A stretch of DNA of 64,000 nucleotides. It comes from Rhodosorus marinus CCMP1338. Lineage: Eukaryota > Plantae > Rhodophyta. The stretch lies in NCBI GenBank assembly GCA_029953675.1, contig JAMWBK010000009.1, positions 1,364,001-1,428,000 on the forward strand. Direction: 5' to 3'. The position numbers and the translations under genes were made by a program. How positions within the stretch are numbered: the first letter of the stretch is position 1; every line of letters starts with the position of its first letter. Positions 25,449-38,300 of this stretch are shown here, piece by piece. The notes beneath the pieces are model-generated. The model saw nothing but the letters and a program-made list of their open reading frames with translations. It was not told where the DNA came from and did no database searches.

Positions 25449-26710
25449 TCACATAATGTCCCAGAGGAATCTGGAGAATTCTCCTCCCTCATCCAGGCGC
25501 TTTTTCCTCAGCCAGAGCGCATCACTTTTGGATGGGACATGTGGGACGGTGAGAGGTCTGAAACGATGGTAGGGATGAAGGTCGACGTGATAACAAGCAA
25601 GAAATTTCCGCCTTTGACTCCCTTGGCTAAGCGTCTTGGATCTCTGAGTGGGAAATATGATCCTTCCACCCGCGTTGCTTCGTCGTCCTGCTTTCCATGT
25701 CAAGGTAGTATCATGCTTGCAACAATGCGGCGATGCAGATCTGCGGCGCGTTTTTCTGTAGAACAATCGCCGAACGTATCTAAACGGGCTTTTTTTCTCT
25801 TTTTCCTCTCGGTTCTCGTGCGTATCTCGTGAGAATCAAATCTTCTTTTAAAGTCAGTGGCGCACGAACAGTGTTAAACGTACAAAGACCAATGCTTCGA
25901 CCTAGTTCGTCTTCAAGCCGTGTGAGCAGTGAATCTGTTGAAGTATTATCAGCAGCTCTGCTACGATACAAATAAATGACCCAGACTCTTGGCGAATGGA
26001 GATGTGGCAGCTGTTGTTGTCACAGCCAGGTCTTCCTCACGCCCATAGCGCCTCCTCTTGTTGCGGAGTCGAACGCCATTTTCTTGAGGTGGATACACAT
26101 AGTTTTCGAGTGCTCGGAAACTATTGACCTCCTCAATCGTCTCTTCTCCGACGCAATCCGATTCTTCTCTAGTTTTTCCGCTATGGCATCCAGCCTCTTC
26201 TTGTATTCCATCATCTTCGGATGTGATTCTGGGGCATCCTCAACTGTGATTTGTACCCGACCAACTTTTCGGCCTTTCTCCAGTTTCCTATATCTGACCT
26301 TTTACGGGTGCAGGTTGCAAGCAAGAACGTTAAAAACGGGAATTCAAAATACGCACGGAAAAAGGCATTTAAGGCTGCCCACTTACTATTCCCGCCTGCA
26401 CGGCATAAATACTTTGGTTCCTGGAGACCCCAGCTCCAAGTCCGGGCAAACGCTTTAAACCCCTCTGCAGATAAATGCTTTGACCCGGTTTCACAAACTG
26501 ATTATCTTTGATCTTCACTCCGAGACCCTTGCCCTTCACGTTCCCTTTCTGTCTACATTTTGTAGCTCCTTTCTTAAACTTCCAACGCGCATGTACAGTC
26601 GTCCCCCCCGCAGCTTCGAACGACCCATTCAGCCCCGATTGCACGCTTCCAACCGACAAACACCCACCAAGAATTCTTCGCCCCGCGAGACCGAGCAATC
26701 CCCCAAGCAT
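25449..26710 (-). CDS. RPL27: Organellar (probably mitochondrial) ribosomal protein bL27, divergent, with C-terminal extension; 3' end is either 26020 or 25449
   Basis: Presequence followed by KKGA...KGLGVKIKDNQFVKPGQSIYLQRGLKRLPG...SRNQSIYAVQAGI|VRYRKL (bL27 core). Downstream exons can be threaded in frame. Confidence 0.65.
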
Positions 26711-27519
26711 GGTTCTCCTAAGCCTGCTTCTAACCCGTCAAAAGCAAACCCCACACACTCGCAGATCAATAAATCACCCAATCACGAAACAAGCAAAAGA
26801 AGAAACTGCTCACACCTCCAACCCTCCCTACCCTCAACCCATCTCTACTCCTTTCCTCCTCATCACCTCCCTCACCGCTTCCCACCATCTCGTCTCCTGT
26901 CGACCACATCAAAACCTTCAACTACGACAATTTCTAGCACGCTCGACATCCTAACTAAACTCTGATTTGTACTATGAAGACTATAATTAATTTTTCTAAT
27001 TAGAAAATTCACTAATCATGAACCATTTAGCGGGATACAGTTCTATTTAAGCTCGGTTTCGGTTCTTTTCATTCGAAAAAGCTCATATTTAGGGTATATT
27101 TTCATAAATCATGCAATCTTTTATGCGGTTTGCTTCAGCGCAAGGATCGTTTTTTCAGATTGGTAGGTTTGGTAAGGGAAGATCTGCGGATCTGGTGGAC
27201 TGTGGAATCGAAGATCCGGACAGCTTTTCAGAAATAGCCTCGAAGGTTTCTTTTTTTTTGGAGAAACGGCGCAGTTTGATACCATTGGAAGGTCGTTTGA
27301 TCCACAACCCCTGTCGCGTTCTTTTCATTCAGAAGTGGTTTTGGGGGGTGAGGGGGCTCCCTCCCCCTTTAACAACTAGTCCGTCTAAATACATCAAATT
27401 ACCCGTCAACCGGACTCCGTCGATTGAGAACGTGAAGGAACCTCACTCCAGTAGGCCAATCAAAAAATACTTGCTATCCAAAAAAACAGCCAATCTCTCC
27501 CCAAATCGTAAGATCATTG

Positions 27520-28676
27520 TCAGTATGGAGCATGGCGTCCACGGTACCCTGCCCTATAGCTTCCGCGAAATACCCTTCCCCGTCCCCGTCCTCTTCCTCT
27601 ACCTCGCTCCGTCGTGCTTACTCCTGGAATGTTAGTGCGCTTTGGACTGACCTAAAATCAAGTTTCAACCGAGCTCGCCACAGTCAGCCATTCTACCCCA
27701 CTGGCAGAGTTGTCTGCTGCAAGCATCATATGGATAGTTCCTACCTTGATCTGCCTCCCTTTGAAGGTAGACTCATTGAGTATCGTCGCGTTGCTAACAG
27801 CTTCTTCTTCGGCAAACTCTATATACGCAAAGCCTTTGGGTTGACCTGTGGCCCTATTCTCAAAAGACGAGACCAGTGTATAGACGTCGGATCCGTAAGC
27901 CGCAGATTCCACTGCTCTCGGCCATCAGGAAGAAAAGACCGGGGTAACTATTAGACTTACTTGTTACACAGTATAGTGATCCGATTAATCTGGCCGCAAT
28001 CTTGAAAGTGGGCCTGTAACTCCGCAGGTGTCGCACTGTAATCAACCTGTCGAACCACGTACACTAAGTTCAGTAAAGAATATAAACACGCGTGCTTCAG
28101 TCTGAAGTTGCCTCACATTGCCGACGTATATGGACCGACTGTCAAGGTCTGACTGCTGCACCGTGGCCCCTGCTGATCCCTCTTGAGCGCTCGCTTCCTG
28201 TATATCGTCGAGCTTCGCAGCTTCGTCCTCCTCCCACTCCTTGAGTTTCTTCTTAACATCTTCCAAAGCCTATAACACGGACAATCGAGCACGTATTTAG
28301 CAACATACCCACTTCCCACTTTCTTCCCCAACTACTCTAAGCCCACAGATAGCAGCCATCTTTTGCTTCGCCCACAAACAATCGACAAAACACTAACAAC
28401 TGGGGACAGGCCAACACCATGCTAGGCTTGCAAATGAGTCCTTTTTTGATCGGATATGAGTCTTACCGCGTCAAGATCTTCCTCTTCCGCAGGATCTACT
28501 CCTCCTTCCACGCCGGCCCCTTCCGCAACCGCGCCGTTCTCACCCCCAGCGCCAGTAGCCTGTTCCTCAGTTTCTACATTGCCTCCTTCCACAGCAACTT
28601 CATTCCCAGCGTTCACCGCCTCGTTCTCCACGGGAGACCCTTCGCCCTCCGCCTTGGCTTGAGCACCCTCCTCCAT
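27520..28676 (-). CDS. PABPN1: Nuclear poly(A)-binding protein 2 (PABPN1), multi-exon
   Basis: Acidic N-terminus, coiled coil ([18 protein letters not shown]), [21 protein letters not shown]...[20 protein letters not shown], and [14 protein letters not shown]...APY C-terminus. Confidence 0.92.
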
Positions 28677-29466
28677 CTTCGAATTCCTCAACGACCGATC
28701 TCCCAGAAAAACCCTCCCAACGGCTTTCCCAACCCAAAAGAAAAACACGAAATAACTCTCTAAAAACCAGAGGCAGACAGTTCCAGGAAAAACCTCAACA
28801 ATCTTCAGTCCAGATCTCAGAATTAATAATCAGTCAGAAAAGTCGTGTCAAAAATGCCTAGGTACAAACCCACTCCCCTTTTCCTCCATCACCTCACCAG
28901 CTAGCTTCCTATGCACCCTCACCAAACCTCCAAAAAAACTGCTTAAGAAGTTCCCTCTTTGACATCCTGTCCATTGAAAGGACCATTTTTCCATCGAATT
29001 TCAACGAAGGGCGTTTCCCATCCACGCTGGATGGGTAATATCAATGCCACCGACCCACCTCAAAATGCAAGTTAAAATTTAACTTTCACACAAAATTAAC
29101 ACTTATTCAGTAATATCTACCAATATTTTAGAAATATTCGGTGCATTTTTAGTTTTATTGAGTTATTCAAGAACTAGAAAACTATGCTTTACAATTTTGT
29201 GGTAGAAATTTCAAATGATCATTCTGGCCCCCCCCCCGTATTCTTTCATCTAGTGCACAGTAAGTAGTCGAATTTATTTTTGTATTAGATTTCTGGACGC
29301 TTCTTAGGGGGGAGGTGATCATTTTTAGTACCGATTACTAAAGTCAGTAGATCCGATTTGGTGTCAAACTTTTACTAAAAGGAAGCTTTGCCGTGCTTTA
29401 GTACTGAGAATGGTGTACTATCCATTTTCGGAGTACTTCTATGTGCAAACCTTTGAGTAGAGCAGA

Positions 29467-30400
29467 CTAGTCTTCTCGGTTCTTAAAGTTCTCTCGAAAT
29501 TGTGGATTTCTTTTCCATTCTGGCAGCGCGGCTTGCTCCTGCGCTTCCGATTCGCGATAATTCGCCAACTTATATTTAGCCCAATCGAACTGGTGAGTCT
29601 CGTGGATGTATTCCTTGAAGTCCTGTAGGGTTCCTATGTACCGGTAGCATGGTGGAATGAATCTGATACCTCTTTGTCCAGCACAGCCCTGTGGTTAGAG
29701 AGAAAACGAAAGAGGAGAAAAAACACAATCGGCGTTTCCATAGTCGGGTGAGAAACGGCCAGATGTGGTCGGTCAAGCGTGCGATAACGCTTGAACTAAC
29801 GCACCTCATAAACCATCACCGGACCCTTGTTTTCCCGACCTCCCTTGACGCCTTTCTTGAGTTCAACATGACGTGCTTTCCAATCCTCTCTGCGACAAGG
29901 CTTCGCAAAAGAACGTACGTCCTAATACATAAACGACAATTTTAATCATTTGAAGATCTGCTCAGATCTGGGCCTAGTATTCTTTGTGATAACTATCGTC
30001 CTAAGACGCTTATGCAATTCCACATAAAGACACATTGTGGGCTCCTCATTACCTGGAATCTCGTCACGAGATCCGCGGCCAGTTCCACAGCTGGAGAGGA
30101 TCCGGAAGGAAAGACAATCAAACGCAGCAAAGTGAGATCAGCTCAGCATGAAGCAGCTGCGAGATGCATTTCTCATTTACATATTCCCTATTTGTTGTTT
30201 TTATTACCTTCTTCATAGGCTTTGTTCCCTTCAACTCCCTCAACGTAGTAACATGTTCTGCCAGCCGAGCGTCCACAACTCCTTAGTTCGAGGTTGAAAA
30301 TTTTATCAATCCAAGCCTCCCCACCCTGCAAGGGTTCGTAGCTATAAAATCTGAAACCAGAAGCATAGTCCTTCAACCTCTTTTCTTCATCTTCATCCAT
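29467..30400 (-). CDS. Hypothetical protein of about 190 aa with a possible glutaredoxin-like fold, 4 exons
   Basis: Spliced: ...CYYVEGVEGNKAYEE|AVELAADLVTRFQ|DVRSFAKPCRREDWKARH...GPVMVYE|GCAGQ...RYIGTLQDFKEYIHETH. All junctions are GT-AG and in frame. Confidence 0.55.
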
Positions 30401-30569
30401 CGGAACATTCAGCCAAAAAACAAAGCACCTTCCTCAGCTACAGTAGGCCAGCTGCCCTCACTTCGCCACCGAAACCATAGATCAAAAGATTTTCACAAGA
30501 ACCAGATACTCTGTGCAGTCTTCCTTCTCTCACGAATACGGCATCAGTTCCAACATACTTCCAAGCGCT

Positions 30570-30593
30570 TCGCGTCGCGTCGCGTCGCGTCGC
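30570..30593. repeat. (TCGCG)n pentanucleotide microsatellite
   Basis: tcgcg repeated 4+ times, seen directly. Confidence 0.85.
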
Positions 30594-31528
30594 ATTTGCC
30601 ATATTCCATCTGCAGTCACATATCCTCGCGATGAATGGGGAAGCAGTACGGAAGGAGGCCGCGAGCGCATTGGCAGGCTGTAGTGGTATGTTGTTTCATC
30701 ACAGTTGTTCTGCCCAGGTGTGTTATTTGCGATTCACAAGCGTAGGTACAGTAGCTGTGGACGAGTGAGAAACATGAAGCGGTATAGTCCGGATTTGGAA
30801 CCGGATCCAACATCGTTTCCGTTGACGTACGGCTCTGTAAGCTTGTATCCAATCAGCATCTAGAAAATGGTCGGTGTCCTTTTCTAGGTTAACAGGCTAG
30901 CTATGTTTTTAAATATAGACCAATCGGATGATTTATTTTACAAAGCACGTCTGAACAACTCATATCCCACATAGTTAAGACCAATCTTCGGCTAGATATT
31001 GGAACAACTGACGAAGTTAAAAAAAAGAGAGGATTCGATAGCCGAGTTGGTCAAACACGTGATAGGGTGTCTGCTTCTACCCAGTATAACTTGAGAACTC
31101 TCTCTGAGATCATTACAATTTTTCGATCATTCAAGCTCTCAGGTTCCGGTTCACGTCGACCTGGTCTGTCTGGTTTGTTGTTCACAACGGTCACAGTTCA
31201 AACCTCATCGATTTACTGGACCATACCACCATTTTTCGGGATGTTTCATTGATAACCCTTGGGTGCTGGTGTGCACCTTCACGCTCACCGATTAGTGAAG
31301 CCAGTGCTGTACAGGTCTCCTCGACCCACCAAATCAGATCCAATCTCTCTCCTTCGCATCTTTTTCCTGTAGTAGAGCAAAACATAAATGACTGATGCAG
31401 AAAGCGCGGAATGATTGAGCGATTTGGTGGTCTTGATTACGACGTTGAGCAATATTGGAGGCGAGTATAGGGATCTCTATTGTTGATAGGAAAGACGTCA
31501 AAACGCGGATTAGAATGTGCTTTCTGCA

Positions 31529-32477
31529 ATGTCTTGTCCTGCTTTTGTTTCTGTTTCATCGGTGGTCGGAAAGAGATCCATTTTGAACCGTCACGATGTG
31601 AGGAGGAACCGAAAATTTCACGCAAAGGGACGCGCTCGTGTTTTGACGGTATTGTGCGCTGAGTCGTGTCCGAGAATCAGACCAGCAACGGAAGATGACA
31701 TTGAGCTTCTGGTAGACATTTACTCCGATGCGTTTCTCGGCGATGGGGAGAGTTTGGGCCTGTTGAAGAAGCCTTGGTTCGCATGGAAAAAGCTGGAAGT
31801 CAGGAAGCAAATGTCGGAAATGTTTGACTTCATCAGCCTGGATGAAAAAGAGCGGTTGCACATGGTATACATCGCAGAACTGGATTCTACAGGTACAGTG
31901 AGAGGGTTCTGTAAGGCTGCGCACAGGCTTGGAGCCGGTCAGCTAACTCTCGATCGTGTGCGACACCCCTGCAGGTCAGGCGGCGGGCTTCGTGCAGCTT
32001 ATGACGATGCCGTGCCCGATTCCTCCGGATCGTAGACCAGCTCCTGAACTTCCGTATATTGGAAACCTAAGCGTTTTCCACAAATGTAGGCGACGTGGTG
32101 TGGCCTCGGCGTTGGTTACGCACTGTGAAGATGTTGCCATATCAAAAGGTTTCAGTGAGATTTTTCTCCACGTAGAACTAGGCAACCTGCCGGCGAGGTG
32201 AGTCAGCCTACCGAAGACAGAGGAATCGCCAGCTTGCTAAGTAGGAAGATTGCGTGTACCTTGTAGTGAGATGTATAGCAAGCTAGAGTACCGCGCAGAG
32301 CTTGTCGATCCAGAGTACTATTCTGCTAGGGGCAAAACTCGGCGTGTTTATCTTCGCAAAGTGCTTGTTGATGATGAGGAGGAAGATGAGCTAGAGTCGA
32401 CGGAATATTCATCCGCGTCAGTTTTGTTTAACCCGAACGAGCGAGTTGAGCCGAACATTGTTCCGGAAACGGCTTAG
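31529..32477 (+). CDS. GNAT-family acetyltransferase, probably plastid-targeted, 3 exons
   Basis: MSCPAFVSVSS transit-like start; IRPATEDD; PYIGNLSVFHKCRRRGVASALV (acetyl-CoA motif A); IFLHVELGNLPA..MYSKLEY. Confidence 0.85.
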
Positions 32478-33624
32478 TTGGTACAGTGGAAACTGTTCTT
32501 ATAATTAATCTAGGAGAGCTCTATTCTTGGAGAGCTGTTCAATTGACTATTGATCCGATGAGTAGCGCAGAAGTTGTGTTTTCGGATGCGTTGTAACCAG
32601 CAGCGTTTTGAATATTTCATTGCAAATCTGGAGACCCAGGGCAGGCAAGTCCAGTCGGAAAGTGCTGACAAACACTCGTGCGTTTAAAGGCCGCCAATGC
32701 GAAAGGATCTAAAATGGCAGTGTGACTAGTCAGACATCTCGCGCACGTTGGTTAACTTTGGGCTCACCCGCGCGAGGGAGTCCCAGGTTACGAAGATGCT
32801 GTACGAAGACAGTCTAGAAGACGCAGAGACCCATCATAAAACATAGCCAGCTCCTTAGCGACCCCCAGGTCCATGTTCATCAGTTGTTGGTTTGAAACCC
32901 GACTGACCATCAAATTGCTCTTGATAGCACACGCCCAGATACGTTGTTGGAAAACTTTTATTTACCAGGGAGCACATCGTCCCGTTGCCGAATGATATCT
33001 CGAAAGGTGCACAGCCAGCTTCCACAACTACAGTTTTGCAAGACTAGTCCGCCGAGAAAGAACTAAACGCAATAGAACTACTCGTCAGGATGGACCGGGG
33101 TTTCTTTCTTGTTTGCACAGACCAGAACCGCGTTGCGATTCCAACAGTCGCAAGCATTCTTGAGTAGGAATCACAAGCTCTGTGTGTACTAGAAACCGTG
33201 GTCCATCCAGATAAAGTACTCCAATCGCCTAATCGCCGGTACAATGACACGTGGTTCCTTCTCGTACATACTATACCGCCGTTCGGTTCATTGAAGACTC
33301 ACGATAAGTACGACCTCATTGTCATCACGTTGCGCGGGCTATGAAAAACGACAGCTTGATGGCGAATGATACTTTTCAATGCCAGCGATCCTTTTTGCAT
33401 CACTTCCTCCGGAAAGAATTCTTTGGAAGACTTCTCTTGGCCAAGAAACGCTTCCTAGTTGTGGCGCATGATACTTCAGGATCGATTTTGAGCGATTTTT
33501 GGATCATAGGAGAATTCTTAAGGTCATTGAGAAGCACTTTGGCTGAGGAGAGCGGAAGGGGAGTGTTGAGGTTTAGCTTGTTCCATTCGGTTCAGCAGGA
33601 TTTACTTTTCTGTTATTGAGATTA

Positions 33625-34999
33625 ATGGCTGAAACATGGGTGGATCCTCCGCCCTTGGATGGAGTAACTCGTGTTGGTTACTCCTTGTCTGGTGAAGATC
33701 TTTTAGTTGCTTCTTGGTAAGGACTGCTTGGATGAATGTTCTTCGTCTCTCGGGTTTTGTCTCCGAATTGCTTAACTATTAATTGTGTAATTTTTGTAGG
33801 AATGGACGGATAAATATCTACGATGGAGTTGGGGGTCGGCTTAAATCTCATCTGAATGTAAATGCACCGGTGCTTGATGCTTCGTTCGACGAGGTTGGTA
33901 GGATCTTCAGTGCCGCTCTTGGAGGAAATGTTATGTTGCATACTTTGGCTCCAGATGGCTCCTTCAAATCTGATCTCATCGGTGCGCACGATCAAGCAGC
34001 GAGATGTTTGGTAAGTTTCGTTCGCGTCCTTTAATTTACGGAAGATTTGGCAGAATCTCCACATGCGAAGGGCCCTTCTTGTCGCCCCAACGAATCCTGA
34101 AAATCCCATGCCAACACGATTGCAGGAGATCACGCGCGATCCTAAGATCGTTGCAACTGGTGGATGGGACGAAACCCTCTGCGGATGGACCCCAGATAGC
34201 AGTGCCTCATCCCAGCGAAAGCCGCTATTTTCAGTAAAAGTCCCTGGTCGAGTATTTGCAATGTCCTCCTTGGGTGGCACAAAAATGCTTGTCGGGACGT
34301 CGAATCGTGAGATCCTGCTTTTTGACGTTAGAAACCCTTCTCAACCGGAACTCCAAAGGTACGCGTGCACTGCGGTGAATCTGTCATTGCAGACCTATGG
34401 CATTACTTCACACAATCTCTAAGGGGGAGGCTAAGCATACTATTGTTTCTGGTCTCTTTGCGTACGATAGGGAGTCTCTGCTGAAGAATCAGCTTCGTTG
34501 TATAGTCGGTTTACCGGATGGTAGCGGTTTTACAGCGGCCTCAACGGAAGGTCGAGTCGCTATTGAAAACCTAGATGGGGTTGGATCCTATACTTTCAAA
34601 TGCCACAGAGTTGACAACCGCATTTATCCAGTCAATGCTATTTCGTTTCACCCGCATTGGCATACGTTTGCCACTGGGGGAGCTGATGGAAGCGTGTGCG
34701 TATGGGACGGGACTGCGAAGAAAAGAATTCGGCACTATCCGCGGTATGCCAAAAGATTTTTTTCCACCTCCTCCCCCTCCGTTGTATGAAACAGCTTACA
34801 GGTCATGTGCGGTCTGCTTGCTCTGTTCCCTAGGTACGATACAAGCGTCTCGAGCTTGGCGTTTCATCCGAAGGGAGACTTGTTGGCAGTTGCTGTCAGT
34901 TACACCTTTGAGGAAGGCGACAAAGCGCATCCAGAAGACAAGGTTCTTCTCAAGCCGGTGACAGATGCTGATGTTCAACCCCGAATACGAAAATCTTGA
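33625..34999 (+). CDS. BUB3: Mitotic checkpoint WD40 protein BUB3, multi-exon
   Basis: DPPPLDGVTRV.YS...LLVASW; APVLDASF; ATGGWDETL; RESLLKNQLRCI; STEGRVAIE; YTFKCHR...IYPVNAISFHP.WHTFATGGADG; SSLAFHPKGDLLAVAVSYTFEEG. Confidence 0.88.
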
Positions 35000-35339
35000 C
35001 ATCAACAGTCCTGAAGCTTATCACCAATACACATCTCACCTAGCTTTGCGTAATTCGACACTTCTTCGTTCACCTGAGCCCGGAATGGGCGTCTACAGCG
35101 GAAGAGGAGAGGGAAGAGGCAAGCCAGATACCCCGGGACGATCAGCCCGCAAGCCCATGCTCCTGGGGCGAGATACTCGGTCGCTCTGCCCGTCATTTCC
35201 ATCAGACAATTCCGAAGCGGGTGGAACTAACTTGGCTATTGACGCAGCTTTGATTGTACAGTGGAGTTTTTCTCGTTTTGGCTTTGGTGCTATTTTTTAG
35301 CAACTAATGTACAGTTCCTGGTATCCTTACAAGATCCTT

Positions 35340-38300
35340 TCAGGGCGCAACAGTCTCAACTTTCGGTTTCTCCGTTTCGAAATCGTCCAAGATCACCGTG
35401 AATTCCTCCACAAGGCGCTGATGCCTTCTGCTGCTGGATAGGGCAGGAAGCACGACCTTCCTCAAAAGAGCTTGCTTTGGTGTTTCCTGTGAAGCGAATA
35501 GGACGACTCCCAACAATGAGGATCGTGCTTTGTTTCAAAGAAGCGGGACTGTTCGTACCAGAATATCACCAGGCTCGCATAGCATCTCGCAGATTTCCCT
35601 TAGCTTCGTCTCTCCCCCGTCTATGACGGCCTCTGACGTTCCCAACCGTAACGCATAGCAGGCTAGGAAGTGCTTGTACTGATCAACATCCCCCAAAGCG
35701 ATAGCGGAAGCCTAGACGTGCGACATCGAGCTGGTGAGCACAGGATAGAAGAAAAAGAAGACACAAGAGCTTGAAGTGATACGCGACGCTCACCATGAGC
35801 GTCTCCAGATGTGTGACTGTTTCAACCGCAGTGCGCTTCAGTCCTCCAGTTGGCAGTAGGCCAGTGCCCTTTTTCCGGGCCGTCATGGCCGCGCCGGCCT
35901 GAAAACAAGGCGTAACCAAAGAGTCTTCAATTTTGGCGATCTTGCTGAATCTTCTCTAGGTTGCCATACTTACTTGAAGCTTCGAGAGAAGGGAAGTGTC
36001 TCCTGCCGGGGGCACAAGTCGATAGTACTCCGAGTTTGGTGCGTAATCGTCCGCTACTCGAAGCCAGGATTGCAGGCGCTGGTTATACACGAAGGCGTGC
36101 CCGTCCGAGAGGACGAGAATTGGCTCTTCCCGATCCGATACACTTCCAACCTAACAGATGAAAGTCACCAAGGCTCAGTATGTTTAAGCGAAACCTTCCA
36201 CCGTTCTGCGCATTCTAACTGATATTTCAGTGCCAATCCTCACAGAGATGCCCCTCCGTAGTTTCTCGTTCTTGTTTTCTTGTGAATGCTCTTCGTCGTC
36301 ATCAGCGTCCGCAATTCTCACTAAAAGAGGTGCCGCGTTCACCGAGCATACTAGCTCCAACGCATCCAGAGCGTAGAGGTTCACAATCGCCGATCTCGTT
36401 ATCAAAAGTAGCAGGCACTTGCCATTCGTTTCGAAGAGGTCCATTAGATGCGGCGGAGTATCAAGCGATATTGGCGGCGAGAACCTTCGACCTGAAGACG
36501 CTTTATAAATATGCAGGAACGCATCCGCGGTGGCAACCTGGTGGACAAGTAAGTCCCACTATTAGCAATCGACAAGAGTCCATCCATACCATCCACAGTT
36601 AGTAATCACGGCGCTTACCGCTGCAAACTTTCCGGTTGACCCAGCCAGTGCAAGGATTGGAGATCCTGTTGGACATGACGCGCGAAAAAGTTAGCAATCA
36701 ACGAATAGCGCAGCCCGTCGGGAATCACGCTTGGGCCGCTCAGCAATGTGCCAACTGGTCGTACCAACATAGTCTCGCCACAAAACTTGTCCTCCTTTGG
36801 AACAGGTTAGAACAGTAGGTTTCGACGAGCCCTGTGAACTCGCTTCGAGCATCGTTGGAACCGGCTCCGAGTCCATGGCTCGACACCGAGAGCCTCCTCT
36901 TCTACCCGCCGAAGGCAGATGGCTTTGACCCTTTAAACTCGAAACCCACGGGTTCATGTCGGCCGCTGGGTTCCCGCTAGTTGTCATGCCCACTAAATCA
37001 CCAGGTCCCTGGAATTGTACAGGAGCGAAAATACTCCTTGAGCGAACTCCCCGTTCTGAGCAGAGTAGGTGAGAAACTGACGCTGAACGCTCTGCTTTTC
37101 GTACCATTGTTCTCGGCCTCTTGTTCGTGGTACCATCATCGACTTGAGAGGAGCCCACGGCACCAGATTGATTCGTCGCCTCCCATATATTCCCCAACGA
37201 CTGTGAATTTGGATCGTTTACAGGATCTGCCCCAGTTCCAAGAGGCTGGGGTATAATTCTCCTTCGCCCACCCTTCACTCGTTCTTCCCTTTGACGAATC
37301 TGTTGGGGTGGAATGGGATTAACCGTCGGCGGGCTCGTCTTCGGCTTTGGGGTATTGCCGGTCTCAACTGGTACAGGCTTGACTGGTGTCCCGTTCTGCT
37401 CTTTCCCTTGAGCTTGCTTGGTCTCCCGCTTGGGTTTCGGAGTAACGACCACCGCCTCCGGCTCCCCCCGATCTGTGTGCATGTCGTTCTCCGTCGCAGG
37501 GGCGGTAGCCGGCTTCTTCCTTTCCAGCTCAATTGCTACCTGAACTCTATTCTCTGGCAGACCGTTTTCGCTGCTTTTCCCTCCGAAACTCTTTCGAGCC
37601 ACAAAGTGCAGGTTTTAGTTGGCCGTTTGATACTTCAATCAAGTAGTAAGACCAACTACGAGCAAGAAACTTCAAACACAGTTTTCTAGGGAAGAGAATG
37701 CCCACCTGCCACAGCTCCTTGAAGATATTCTGCTCCACCTTCTCAGGCACAACGTATCCAAGCTCCGCCGGATCAAACCGTATCAACATTATTCCTCCGT
37801 CCGTAGAGCATGCTACAAGCGTGTACCTGGAGGGAGAATCGAACATTCCCTTTCAGCGGGAGCGTCGATGGACGCAGAATCCTCTATCACTACGAAAGGA
37901 ATCGTGAAAGCCGCTGTTCGGAAACTTACCCGTCCGCCCCCCAGGCTAAATCCACAACATCGCCGCCAAACATATCATCGAGGTGTACGAACTGCTTTGA
38001 GCTTCCCGCTATCCATAATGAGGCTCCTCGATCCTTTGAACCGAGAGCCACGCAAGTGTACGCGGGGTTATCCTTTACAAGACACGGGAGTTAGGGCCCG
38101 CTTCACAGTCCATTCAAGCAAACCTTAAGAGGCCAAAAGAGGCAAGATTCCCTCACCTTCGATGCCTTCTGCTCTTTTCCGGAAAACTGCTTTCTGCTAT
38201 ACAATCGAGGAGAAAACCTGCCTACAACGACGGGTTCTCGGTGTCCTATAAAATCCACGTGGTCGGTGAGGCCACTCTCTCTGCTAAACATTGGGGCGAG

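Noticed and set aside
30420-31500. Short ORFs between the Grx-like and GNAT genes
   Set aside because: No motifs and no consistent exon thread.
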